Below are positions 1 to 8,858 of a DNA stretch of 64,000 bases, one piece after another. How positions within the stretch are numbered: position 1 is the first letter of the stretch; every line of letters begins with the position of its first letter. Source of the stretch: an uncultured Clostridia bacterium (GTDB lineage Bacteria; Bacillota; Clostridia; Christensenellales; UBA1242); contig CALBKX010000015.1 in NCBI GenBank assembly GCA_937895935.1, positions 31,079-95,078 of the forward strand. The letters are read 5' to 3'. Under the pieces are notes generated by a model, which searched no databases, was not told the DNA's origin, and saw nothing but the letters and a program-made list of their open reading frames with translations. The position numbers and the translations under genes are program-made.

Positions 1-34
1 TATTTATTAAATTTGTTATTTGATAAATATACAC
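1..34 (-). CDS. GIY-YIG homing endonuclease, first 11 codons only (gene runs off the left edge)
   Basis: RBS AAAGGAGGTG (rc of 41-50), 6-nt spacer, GTG at 34. Translation VYIYQITNLIN resembles the opening GIY strand of the free-standing GIY-YIG ORF at 11357-12175 (KGIYKITNKKNGKSYIG). Lies inside the presumed dnaE intron. Confidence 0.4.
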   Translation of the reverse strand, partial: MYIYQITNLIN

Positions 35-248
35 GTTTTTCACCTCCTTTCTTTGAATATTATTTGTACCCTTATTTCAAGAACTTAAAGAAATAAATAA
101 CTTTAATACTTTTTAGTTCGGTGATTGCCATGCCTTTAAGGTTTAGGTTTCCCCGAAGCACTATTAGTATTTTTTACTTATGAGACTTATTCTCTCTGCT
201 AATAGCACTTTATTTTTTATAATTAAGCGTTAGTGGGCAATGTTATTT
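1..248 (-). mobile_element. Group I intron (5' portion, continues beyond window) interrupting the Pol III alpha gene
   Basis: The Pol III alpha ORF stops at ...TSEKLG|K* inside the conserved GLLKxDxLGL motif. The last exon base is U (ggt). About 210 nt of non-coding sequence with hairpins follows, then an endonuclease gene start. Confidence 0.5.
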
Positions 249-2102
249 ACCCAATTTTTCACTAGTGTGGAGGTCATATTGAGTTGTCAAATCGCCATTT
301 GGACTACGCATAAGAGCATTTGTCTCAAATGGAGTTTTATTATATAATACTACTCCACTTGCGTGTTGTCCTCTTTTGTTCTTTAATCCTTCTATAGCTT
401 CCAATATTTCTAAAAGACCCGGATATTTTTCTATTTCATTTATAAAACTTTTTATAGGTTTAGTCCCTTTTTCTTCATTCCCATATAACACGTCTTTTAA
501 TGGCGGTAAAAAGCCACGTTCTTTTGGAATTAAACTGCTTAAATATTGTGCTGTTTCTATCGGCAATCCATCAGGATATTCTTTAGAACGATACCCACGA
601 CATCCACTATTAATTGCACTTTTTAATGTTTCAGTTCCGAAAGTGCATACTTGAATTAGATTTAGTTCTCCTCTTTCTCCTCTAATTTTTTCAAAAATCA
701 TCTTTCTTTTTGATGGAGACAAATCTATATCAATATCGGGCAATTCAATTCTTTCCTTATTTAAAAATCTCCAATATTTCAAATTCCATTTTATTGGGTC
801 TAATTGAGTTATTCCCATTAAATAATTTGACAGAAAACAAACAGAGCTACCTCTACCACTTAATAAAACAGAACCGCAGTCCCAAAATAAATCAATATAA
901 TGTTTAAAAGTATTAAAATATTTAAACAAAACATTGTTTAATTTTTCTCCAATTACTCGAATAACATCTGCTTCTGTTTCTAATCGAGTAAGATACTTTT
1001 TGTTCCATTTGCCTATTCTTTTTAAAGAAGATAAACATTCATTTATCCAATATCTTTCTTGTATCTCATCCGATTTTAATAAATAAGAAAGAGTGGGGTA
1101 GTCTTTAAGCTCTTCTTTTTTAAGATAATCCTTTACTGTTACTTCTGGAATAATAGGCTTTTTAAAAAGATTGTATCCTTCAATTTTTTTATAAATCTCC
1201 ATTGAATTTTTACAAATTTGTTCAAACTCTTCTAAGCTGTAGAAATCAGAGATATTATTATATATTTCCTTATTGTCCATAAAATGTGCGTCCCAATAAA
1301 ATTGGTCAACTTCCCGCTCGCCTTCTTTAGAATTCAAATAGGCTTTATGAAGAGGTCTCTCTTTAGAAGTAAGATAGTGAGCATCAGAACCAATTATTAT
1401 TTTTAAATTATACTTTTTAACAATACTTTTTATCCTTTTATTGAAGGCTCTTTGCTCTTCTGAATTTCCTGCGGCGATTTCAAAGTAAAAGTCTTCTCCA
1501 AATAATTTTATATTCCATTTTAAAAAATCATCAATATCTTTTTTAATTCTATTTATTTCTTTTAACAGACCTTTTTCTTCAGCTTTTATTAAGCTCAACA
1601 CTCTATTACCTATATAACCGCCGATACACCCATTAGATGCAATTAGACTATTCGGATATTTTTTAACTATTTGTTCTAAATCTGACATCTCTGTAGGAAC
1701 TCTATACATACCTCTTGAAGAAAAACCATTATACCAAGCAATAGAACTTAACTCTCTTAATGCTCTATGTCCTTGATTATTCTTTGCTATTAATATATAG
1801 TGAAAATACTTTTCTATATTTTTTTTATCTTTTACTAAATAAATTTCATTCCCTAAAGCACATTTAAAGTTTTCTGGAATTACCTTTTCTTTTTTTAATC
1901 TTTTTTCCTCTTCTAATAACTCGATATGCCCACTTAAACATTCGTGGTCTGTAAGTGTTATACCTATTAACCCAAGATTATTCGCAGTTTTTATCATATC
2001 TGGAATTTTATTAATACTATCAAGCAGACGTAGGTTTGAATATTCACTATGAGCATGAGTATCAAATCTAAGAAGTTCTTTTATCCCAACCATTTTTATC
2101 AC
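249..2102 (-). CDS. dnaE: DNA polymerase III alpha subunit, exon 1 (PHP domain plus N-terminal polymerase core)
   Basis: PHP motifs HAHSEYSNLRLLDS and LTDHECLSGH. Long collinear similarity to Pol III alpha. ORF truncated within the GLLK motif by an intron. Confidence 0.8.
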
Positions 2103-2121
2103 CTCTTTATTCTCTATATTA

Positions 2122-2150
2122 ATTATACTCCTAATTATTCACTTTTTCAA
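2122..2150 (-). promoter_or_regulatory. Sigma-A type promoter for dnaE (TTGAAA-17-TATAAT)
   Basis: The rc reads ttgaaaaagtgaataattaggagtataat followed by taatatagag, the recurring downstream ATAGA block. Confidence 0.55.
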
Positions 2151-2978
2151 TTCTTCATAATAGCTAACAAAATCTCCTTTTCCAAAACCCGGAATTGTAG
2201 TATTTCTTGCCGCCAAACTATTAAAGTCCATTTTTAATATTATTTCTTCTGCTTTTTGATTCAAAAATTTTATAAAAAAGAATTGCTGACCATTTCTCAT
2301 TCTCTCTATAACTTCACTCTTAGCTTTAAGGTAAAATAGTTGATTATAATCATGCCAACCCTGTCTAAACACTGCTAAATCCCAATCTTCATAAACATTA
2401 TTAAAAGATTGTGAAGTAGCATTATACTGCCAAATTAAAAAGTCTTTATGACTAGTTTTTGGCGGCGAGGTTAATCTTTTATTTATTGAACATAGTCTTT
2501 CTTTTGCCCAAATCTGAAAGACTGTTCTTATTTTATATTCTTTACTGCTTTCTAAAAAAGAATTTTCGGGCAAGTAGAAATAATCGACTAAGTTGTAGGT
2601 GGCATTTAATTGCTTTTGAATATTCCATTTCATAAAAGAAACAGGAAAAATCATAGCAATATAATCAGCGAAAGTTGCCGATTTATTAAAAAATAATACA
2701 GCATCATTTGAACGTTTCCCAAAAGGAGGATTCCCAATTACAATATATTCTTTATTTAAATCCGGCTGATAGTCTAAAAAATTTAACTTTTTAATAGTTT
2801 GGTTTTCTGGATATAAATCATAAGCTTCACAATTTTGTAATTGAGATGAAAAACTTCCATTTCCAGCTGAGGGTTCTAAGAGAATATAGTCATTAAAATT
2901 TGGAATATGTTCTTTTGTAAAATTAATACACCTTTTTGCTATATCGAGTTTTGTATAATACTTATCGTTTTTTGTTAT
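2139..2978 (-). CDS. N6-adenine DNA methyltransferase (NPPF type), paralog of 4271-5101; no canonical start codon
   Basis: The frame is open upstream of the tracked ORF (2139-2654). It translates to ...KYYTKLDIAKRCINF...LLEPSAGNGSF...VIGNPPFGKRS..., collinear with ORF 4271-5101. No in-frame ATG/GTG/TTG lies before 2654. The proposed start is ATA at 2978, 9 nt after GGAGGTG. Confidence 0.65.
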   Translation of the reverse strand: MTKNDKYYTKLDIAKRCINFTKEHIPNFNDYILLEPSAGNGSFSSQLQNCEAYDLYPENQTIKKLNFLDYQPDLNKEYIVIGNPPFGKRSNDAVLFFNKSATFADYIAMIFPVSFMKWNIQKQLNATYNLVDYFYLPENSFLESSKEYKIRTVFQIWAKERLCSINKRLTSPPKTSHKDFLIWQYNATSQSFNNVYEDWDLAVFRQGWHDYNQLFYLKAKSEVIERMRNGQQFFFIKFLNQKAEEIILKMDFNSLAARNTTIPGFGKGDFVSYYEELKK

Positions 2979-3957
2979 AGTTATACACCTCCCAGAATGC
3001 TAAAGAAGCAATTTGATAAGCCTCTTGAAAGCTTATTCTCTTTCTGTTTCTATCTCTAAAATTGGTTAATATAATATTGTTATAATCTTTTCTAGCTTTT
3101 TGAATAATAGAGTTTGCTTTTTTAATAATTTCTTTTTGGAGATTGTCTTCTAAGTCGTAATTACAGGAAAGAGTAGCTATATTTCTATCAGAATCTTTCC
3201 CATAATAAGGGCTTTCAGAATAATAAAAATGTAATGGTTCATTCTTTTTATCAATACAGACTATGTTTATTTTTGTTGGCTTTTTGATATTATTCTCTGT
3301 AATTCTTGAAAAGATATTTTTTACTTTTGTTAATTTATCAAAGAACTCGCCGCCAAACCTATAATTATATCCTTTTTTTAATATCATTTCATTTTCTTTC
3401 GTTTCATTTTTGCTATTGTAAATTATAAAAGGTATTCTTTGAGTATCATTACTTGAATGCTTCTTAAAAGCAAAAGAACAAACATTGTATGCAGTTTTTT
3501 CAAATACTTGCTCTTCAAAATAATTTATTCTTTCTATTTTAAATCTTGTTAAAAAGATATTCCTAATTTTATTAGAACGACTATCAGAGAAAAAATTAAT
3601 TGGGATAACTAATATTCCTCCTTCCGCCTGAAGCATAGTAGAAAGAGCAACTTTATATAAATCATCATAATCATTGTCTAAAAAATACTTTTTTTCTTTT
3701 GTTTTGTTTTTTGCTAAATACGGTGGATTTGTAATTATCCACTTTCCTTGATAGTCTGGCGGCGATAGTAGAGTATCTCTTTTATGTTCGCCTCCGAGAT
3801 TAATATCATAATACTCAGATACATTAAAGTTTTTGACTAAATCTCCATCTCCATAAAAAGGTTCAACTATTTTTGCAGTTGCCGGAATAAAATCAGTCAA
3901 ATTATCAATCAATAAAGGATTCTTTGAATAATGTTCGGTTTTTTTTAAATCATTCAA
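2962..3957 (-). CDS. N6-adenine DNA methyltransferase (NPPY type)
   Basis: SAM motif I VEPFYGDGDL and motif IV ITNPPY. Confidence 0.7.
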   Translation of the reverse strand: MNDLKKTEHYSKNPLLIDNLTDFIPATAKIVEPFYGDGDLVKNFNVSEYYDINLGGEHKRDTLLSPPDYQGKWIITNPPYLAKNKTKEKKYFLDNDYDDLYKVALSTMLQAEGGILVIPINFFSDSRSNKIRNIFLTRFKIERINYFEEQVFEKTAYNVCSFAFKKHSSNDTQRIPFIIYNSKNETKENEMILKKGYNYRFGGEFFDKLTKVKNIFSRITENNIKKPTKINIVCIDKKNEPLHFYYSESPYYGKDSDRNIATLSCNYDLEDNLQKEIIKKANSIIQKARKDYNNIILTNFRDRNRKRISFQEAYQIASLAFWEVYNYNKKR

Positions 3958-3973
3958 AATTCATTCCTCCATT

Positions 3974-4010
3974 AAAAAAAGGCTATCAGCGATTAAGCCA
4001 ATAGCCTTTT
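3974..4010 (-). terminator. Rho-independent terminator after ORF 4024-4215
   Basis: Hairpin aaaggctat/atagccttt with a 14-nt loop, followed on the minus strand by a U7 run. Confidence 0.7.
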
Positions 4011-4023
4011 CTCGCCAGTAAAA

Positions 4024-4215
4024 TTAATAAACTTTTACTAACTTAACAATTACCCAACTTTCATCTTTCTTACACTTCTTAGTAGATGAATAAGATGTTA
4101 ATTCATATCCACCTTCTAACTGCTTAGCCTTGGCATTCTCAATTAATGCTTTAGCTTCTTCTTCGGTATTAACCATGAACTCTTCTGTTCTTTTTAGTAA
4201 TAATCCTTCATTCAT
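4024..4215 (-). CDS. Hypothetical small protein (63 aa)
   Basis: ORF with RBS AGGAGG and its own promoter and terminator. No recognisable motif. Confidence 0.5.
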   Translation of the reverse strand: MNEGLLLKRTEEFMVNTEEEAKALIENAKAKQLEGGYELTSYSSTKKCKKDESWVIVKLVKVY

Positions 4216-4264
4216 ATGATAGCCTCCTATTTTATTGGTGTCTTTCTCACCTTTCTATAATAAT

Positions 4265-4293
4265 ATTATATCACATTATTCCTTTAAAATCAA
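4265..4293 (-). promoter_or_regulatory. Sigma-A type promoter (TTGATT-17-TGaTATAAT)
   Basis: The rc reads ttgatt...aatgtgatataatattattatagaaagg. Confidence 0.6.
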
Positions 4294-5101
4294 CACTAAT
4301 CTTTTCTTCTATTTTTTCTATTAGTTCGCCTTTTGACAAAGATTTTGGCCCACAAGTCCAACCTAATTCTTCATATTGTATTTTGTTAATTTCTTCTACT
4401 AACTCTTTTGTATCAATAGTTGTATTATTCTTTATAAAATAATTGCTGCTATCAGCATAATTCAAATCTAGACTAGCTTTTCCAGCATTGCCTCCAACTC
4501 TTTGTATTCTAAAATCAGCTTTATCTTTAGTGGTAAAATTAAAATATTTTGTTTTTGTTTTTATTTTATATTTCTTTCTTTTGGTATTTTTCTTTTGCCA
4601 AATTTGAAATACACATGGTAAAGAGTATTCTTGTTCGTAAAAAGTATAAGAATTTTTGTCTAAGATTTTTTCTCCTATACAAATGAAATATGGCGGCATC
4701 CTATTTATATAACTTTTTTTCTTAAAGGATAAAGGTAAAATGAAAGCAATTGTTTCAGCAAAAGTAGAGCATTCATTTATAAATAGGAAAGCTTCTTTTG
4801 CTTGTTGTCCAAATGGCGGATTACCAATTATTAAAACTCTTTTATCTTTTGTAAAGCTTTTGTCTAGTAGTAAAAAATCTTGTTTAATTATTTTATCATT
4901 TTCTGGAGATATATCATAAGCAAGACAATTCTTAAATAAATTTGAAAAACTTCCGTTTCCGGCAGATGGTTCAATTATCAAATCATAGCTTTTTAAATCA
5001 ATATGTTTTTGTAAAAAATCAACACATTCCTTTGCTACTTCTTTTTTTGTATAAAATTTATCTAGTAAATCCTTTTGCTTATTACTTTTTGTTATTCCCA
5101 T
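4271..5101 (-). CDS. N6-adenine DNA methyltransferase (NPPF type)
   Basis: IIEPSAGNGSF (motif I) and IIGNPPFG (motif IV). Confidence 0.75.
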   Translation of the reverse strand: MGITKSNKQKDLLDKFYTKKEVAKECVDFLQKHIDLKSYDLIIEPSAGNGSFSNLFKNCLAYDISPENDKIIKQDFLLLDKSFTKDKRVLIIGNPPFGQQAKEAFLFINECSTFAETIAFILPLSFKKKSYINRMPPYFICIGEKILDKNSYTFYEQEYSLPCVFQIWQKKNTKRKKYKIKTKTKYFNFTTKDKADFRIQRVGGNAGKASLDLNYADSSNYFIKNNTTIDTKELVEEINKIQYEELGWTCGPKSLSKGELIEKIEEKISVDFKGIM

Positions 5102-5625
5102 GTATATTCACCAACTTGATTTATGTAGTCATGAAAATCTTTATTATTAATAGCACATTGAATTCGTTTTTGCTTCTTGTGGTCTCTTTTGAAACGTGGT
5201 CTAATAAAATTAAGAGTCTTTTGCTGCCATTCTTTTTTAAAAAGAGCAATTTGACTTTTCCATTTAATATCGTCAGAATAATCATTTGTCATTTCTTTTA
5301 AAAAACTTTCAAATTCTTTTAGAAGCTCATAATTGAAAAAAGAGAGATAAGTCTCTTTTGTAAAATAAACGATTCTTTGTTCAACAATATTATTTTTATC
5401 TTCACTCCAAAAGCCAACTATTAAAATAAAATCACTATTCACTTGAGAATTTCTAAAAATATCTGCCATTTCAATATCTGAATTATACTTCTCTAATTTT
5501 ATTTGAACTGGAATGCCATCTTTCGTGTAAGCATCATAAATGCCAGTATATTTTATTTCTTTTGTTAAATTATATTCGTTAATGATATAATCCTCAAAAA
5601 TAAAGCCATGTTTCTGTCTTTCCAT
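5092..5625 (-). CDS. Hypothetical protein, possible PD-(D/E)xK-like nuclease
   Basis: HGFIFE...YDAY...PVQIKLEK spacing is reminiscent of a D...(E/Q)xK nuclease core. Overlaps the downstream methyltransferase by 10 nt. Weak assignment. Confidence 0.3.
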   Translation of the reverse strand: MERQKHGFIFEDYIINEYNLTKEIKYTGIYDAYTKDGIPVQIKLEKYNSDIEMADIFRNSQVNSDFILIVGFWSEDKNNIVEQRIVYFTKETYLSFFNYELLKEFESFLKEMTNDYSDDIKWKSQIALFKKEWQQKTLNFIRPRFKRDHKKQKRIQCAINNKDFHDYINQVGEYTWE

Positions 5626-5657
5626 TCTAATTCTATCCTTTCTCTAATTCTATCAGT

Positions 5658-5686
5658 ATTATACCACATTTTATTCCAAAAGTCAA
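5658..5686 (-). promoter_or_regulatory. Sigma-A type promoter (TTGACT-17-TGgTATAAT)
   Basis: The rc reads ttgact...aaatgtggtataatactgatagaatt. Confidence 0.55.
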
Positions 5687-7008
5687 AAACTTAAATAATT
5701 ATCTTCTTTTATTTCAATATCAGAAATCATAATTTGCGGCGATACATTACCCATATATTCATTTCTATTAGGTGTTCCAATAACAGTTAAATTAATTTTA
5801 TTATCTAGTCCATTAATCTCATCAATAATTTTTTCTGCCTTAAACATCACATACTTAACATTATTAAAAGTAAAATTAATAACATTTTTTGCCGCACCAA
5901 CAATTCTAATATCCTTTTTATTTAAAGTAATATCTTTTACTAAAATTTTTGGCTCTGGATTAAACTGCCCAAAACTTTCTCCATCATTTTTTGTTAAATC
6001 AAAAATTAAATCATTAAGTTTAGAATAGTTGCCCGCAACAATAAAATCAACTTCATAAACACCTTCGTTAAAATTAATTTCTGAAAGTTTTGTGTTAGCA
6101 TATTGCAATAATTTTGGGATATTTTTTTCTTTAATGGAAAAGCCAAATGCTTGTGAATGTCCCTCTGCGTAATCCATTAAATTGCTGTCCAACAAAAATT
6201 GTTTAGTATCTGTAAGTTCACAATTTGATACTCCTCTTACTGACCCTCTAAACAATCCCTCTGAATTCGTTCTACCTAATAAAACTGGCTTTTTATAACG
6301 TGATACAATTTCAGTAGCACATAGTCCAGTTAGTGTTGTGGAAACGTTTAAATCATCGGCATGTAAAACCAAAATTTGATTTTCATCTAAACAATTTTCA
6401 ATAATTTGAATATCTAAAAGTTCTCCAGCTTTTTCTTTTTCTTTATTTTGTCTAGCACGAGCATTCGCACAATTTCTAGCATTTTGTTCAGCAATTGTTT
6501 CTGTCTCATTGCTATGTCCTCTTTTTGTTGACGGAATTTCTTCAAGACTATAAACTTCAGTAAAAGCTTTAAATAATAAATCTTTTTCATTTTGATTTCC
6601 CACTCGAATTAAAGCATTTACTAATGGAGCAATATAATATGCCACTTGAGTTTGTGTAAGACGGCAATTATCTAAAAATTCTTCTGTAATATCCTCTGAT
6701 TTCATCCGAAATAATGAATATGCTTGCTGTTTAATTAATGCTCTAAGCCCCTCATTAAAAATATTAGACAGCCCAACTTTGTTGATATATCTATTTTCAA
6801 GAGTGTTAGTATCCATACAATCAGCAACATGAGCAACTGCAACTAAATCTAAAAAAGCATCAGCAAATTTAGTTTCTTTATTACTTTCAAAATATTTCAA
6901 AAACTTATAAACTACACCAGCACCACTTAACGCTTTATTGGAATAGTTTTTTGATAATTGATTATTGATTACTATAGCATTTTGACAATAGTCAGAACTA
7001 AGGTGATG
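5683..7008 (-). CDS. RecJ-like DHH-family exonuclease, exon 2
   Basis: The frame is open upstream of the tracked ORF. It reads HHLSSDYCQNAIVINNQLSKNYSNKALSGAGVVYKF..., with the HH of the DHH motif III and a GAGV motif. The first canonical start is only at 6900. Confidence 0.7.
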   Translation of the reverse strand, partial: HHLSSDYCQNAIVINNQLSKNYSNKALSGAGVVYKFLKYFESNKETKFADAFLDLVAVAHVADCMDTNTLENRYINKVGLSNIFNEGLRALIKQQAYSLFRMKSEDITEEFLDNCRLTQTQVAYYIAPLVNALIRVGNQNEKDLLFKAFTEVYSLEEIPSTKRGHSNETETIAEQNARNCANARARQNKEKEKAGELLDIQIIENCLDENQILVLHADDLNVSTTLTGLCATEIVSRYKKPVLLGRTNSEGLFRGSVRGVSNCELTDTKQFLLDSNLMDYAEGHSQAFGFSIKEKNIPKLLQYANTKLSEINFNEGVYEVDFIVAGNYSKLNDLIFDLTKNDGESFGQFNPEPKILVKDITLNKKDIRIVGAAKNVINFTFNNVKYVMFKAEKIIDEINGLDNKINLTVIGTPNRNEYMGNVSPQIMISDIEIKEDNYLSF

Positions 7009-7323
7009 TATTTATACTCTTGCTTTCGCTATAAAGCACTATTTAATAGTATCTTTATACATATAATTTAAAATTACATTGTTCCTCCATTAAATTATAT
7101 GAAGAGATTGGACTATCTCTTCAGTGTATTCACTGTTCCCCATATAGTCTCTGAACGTCTTTCTCAAAAAAAGAAATTTCGCTGCGGATTGTCCAATCTT
7201 TAACCTTTTTACTATCTCTTTGCCTTTCAGCATTGCCATATCAATATTACTATTAATACTTAGTAGTTAAAGCTCTAAGGAGTTTCCCGCAATTAGAGGA
7301 ATTTTATTTGAACCATCAAATTA
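7009..7323 (-). mobile_element. ORF-less group I-like intron splitting the DHH motif (LD|HH); 3' boundary uncertain
   Basis: Exon 1 ends ...DILILD followed by a stop, and exon 2 resumes HH.... The interior shares a ~45-nt block with phoH intron 12601-12853 and the gactat/atagtc pairing elements. No G precedes the HH codons. Confidence 0.55.
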
Positions 7324-7800
7324 ATCCAAAATTAAAATATCATATCCTAAATCTTTGAGAATCTTACATTCTTCTGTGTCATTGCTACCAGCGTCAGGGA
7401 TTATGATTAAATCACAAACCCTATCTTTTAAAAATAAATCCATTTTTGTTTCTAAACCATGTTCTTTACCCTCTGGAATTGAATACTTTAAAGTATATTT
7501 ATATCCCTCATTTACTTTTAGCATTGATAAATAATTATAAATTATTGTGCTACTGGCTACGCCATCCAAATCTGAATCCATGATGATTAACATTGTGCTA
7601 TTGTTCTTAATATGCTTCTCTAATAGCTCTTTTCCCTCTTCCATATTATCCAATAACTCAGGCGGCAATAATTCTTTTACTGTGGGATTAAAATATCTAT
7701 TCTTGTAATCTTCGTTATCTTCTAAAATTCCTCTGTCAATTAACAAATTTTCTAAAAAATTCTCATTAATTTCTTTCTTTGTTCTTCTTAAAAACTTCAA
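7324..7800 (-). CDS. RecJ-like DHH-family exonuclease, exon 1
   Basis: DHH motifs I (MDSDLDG) and II (IIPDAGS), ending with the D of motif III. Confidence 0.7.
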
Positions 7801-8858
7801 ACGTAAATCGCTCTCCTTAATAATTTTTCAAAAGTTTCCTTTCCTTTATCTAAAGGGCTGTCTTTTAACCCTAACAGTTTCTGATAGTCCCATAAAAACC
7901 CCATTTTACATAAAGAACTAAATTTTAAACAATAGCCTTTTAATTTTTGATAATATTTTTGTTTCTCTTTATAATCTTTACCTTCTTTATCAAAAGCAAT
8001 AATAATTCTATTTACTCCAATTTTTTTTAATATTTCTATTTGATAACGATGAATTGAACTGCCGCAAGCTGCTACACAAATGTTTGCCGCTGAGCCATAA
8101 TAAGTTTCATATAATAAAACAGATTTTTCACCCTCTACAAGAATAGCCGTTTTATATTTTTTTAAATTATCTTTTACATTATTTATTCCATACAAGTTAA
8201 ATCCTAATGGATGAGAATAGGTTGTTTCACCAACAGAAATAGGCATATATTTTCCTATTTTTAAGTCTTCTGGATTCAATGAACGACCTCTTATTCCAAT
8301 TAGTTTACCGTCTATATTATAATGTGGAATAATAATCTTATTCTGACTAATGGAATAAAGAATATTATATCTATCCATTGCTGCCTTCGAGATTCCATCA
8401 CTTAGCCATTCACTTGTATAATATTTAATAAAACAATTTAAAATGCCACTATCATATTCTTTTAGATTAATGACTGGTCGACGTCTATGAAAATCAGAAT
8501 AAATTGTTTCATAACTTTTGTAGTCAAAAGATTCAATATAATTTTTCTTTTTTAAATCATCAACAACTTTTAGAACTATGTCTCTGTAAAAATCGTATTG
8601 GATTCCTAATAAATTATATCTTCTTTCAAAAAGACCAAAAATATCAAAAGATTCGCCACAATGCGTATAACAAGTAAAAAGTTTGGAATTTTTGTAATAA
8701 TACAATTTTAGACTTGCTTCTTCTGGGTTTTCATTATGACACAAAGTTTGAAAAATAATACAATCTTTTTTTTCAATATGAGTTGTGCCGCCTAAAGAAT
8801 AAACTAATTCAATTATCCTTTGCGGCGTTAATTGTTCATTTAATTCTTTTAATGTCAT
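7797..8858 (-). CDS. dnaG: DNA primase (DnaG-like: CHC2 zinc finger plus Toprim)
   Basis: CHNENPEEASLKLY...CYTHCGESFD zinc finger and Toprim ILVEGEKSVL. Overlaps neighbours by 4 nt. Confidence 0.75.
   Translation of the reverse strand: MTLKELNEQLTPQRIIELVYSLGGTTHIEKKDCIIFQTLCHNENPEEASLKLYYYKNSKLFTCYTHCGESFDIFGLFERRYNLLGIQYDFYRDIVLKVVDDLKKKNYIESFDYKSYETIYSDFHRRRPVINLKEYDSGILNCFIKYYTSEWLSDGISKAAMDRYNILYSISQNKIIIPHYNIDGKLIGIRGRSLNPEDLKIGKYMPISVGETTYSHPLGFNLYGINNVKDNLKKYKTAILVEGEKSVLLYETYYGSAANICVAACGSSIHRYQIEILKKIGVNRIIIAFDKEGKDYKEKQKYYQKLKGYCLKFSSLCKMGFLWDYQKLLGLKDSPLDKGKETFEKLLRRAIYV

Noticed and set aside
376-907. Plus-strand ORFs 376-654 and 710-907 inside the Pol III alpha gene
   Set aside because: They lie antisense to a well-supported conserved gene. 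They have low-complexity Phe/Ile/Leu-rich translations typical of the reverse frame of AT-rich coding DNA, and no RBS.
4942-5301. Plus-strand ORF 4942-5301 spanning the methyltransferase/5092-5625 junction
   Set aside because: It is antisense to two minus-strand genes. It has a hydrophobic low-complexity translation and no RBS or promoter.
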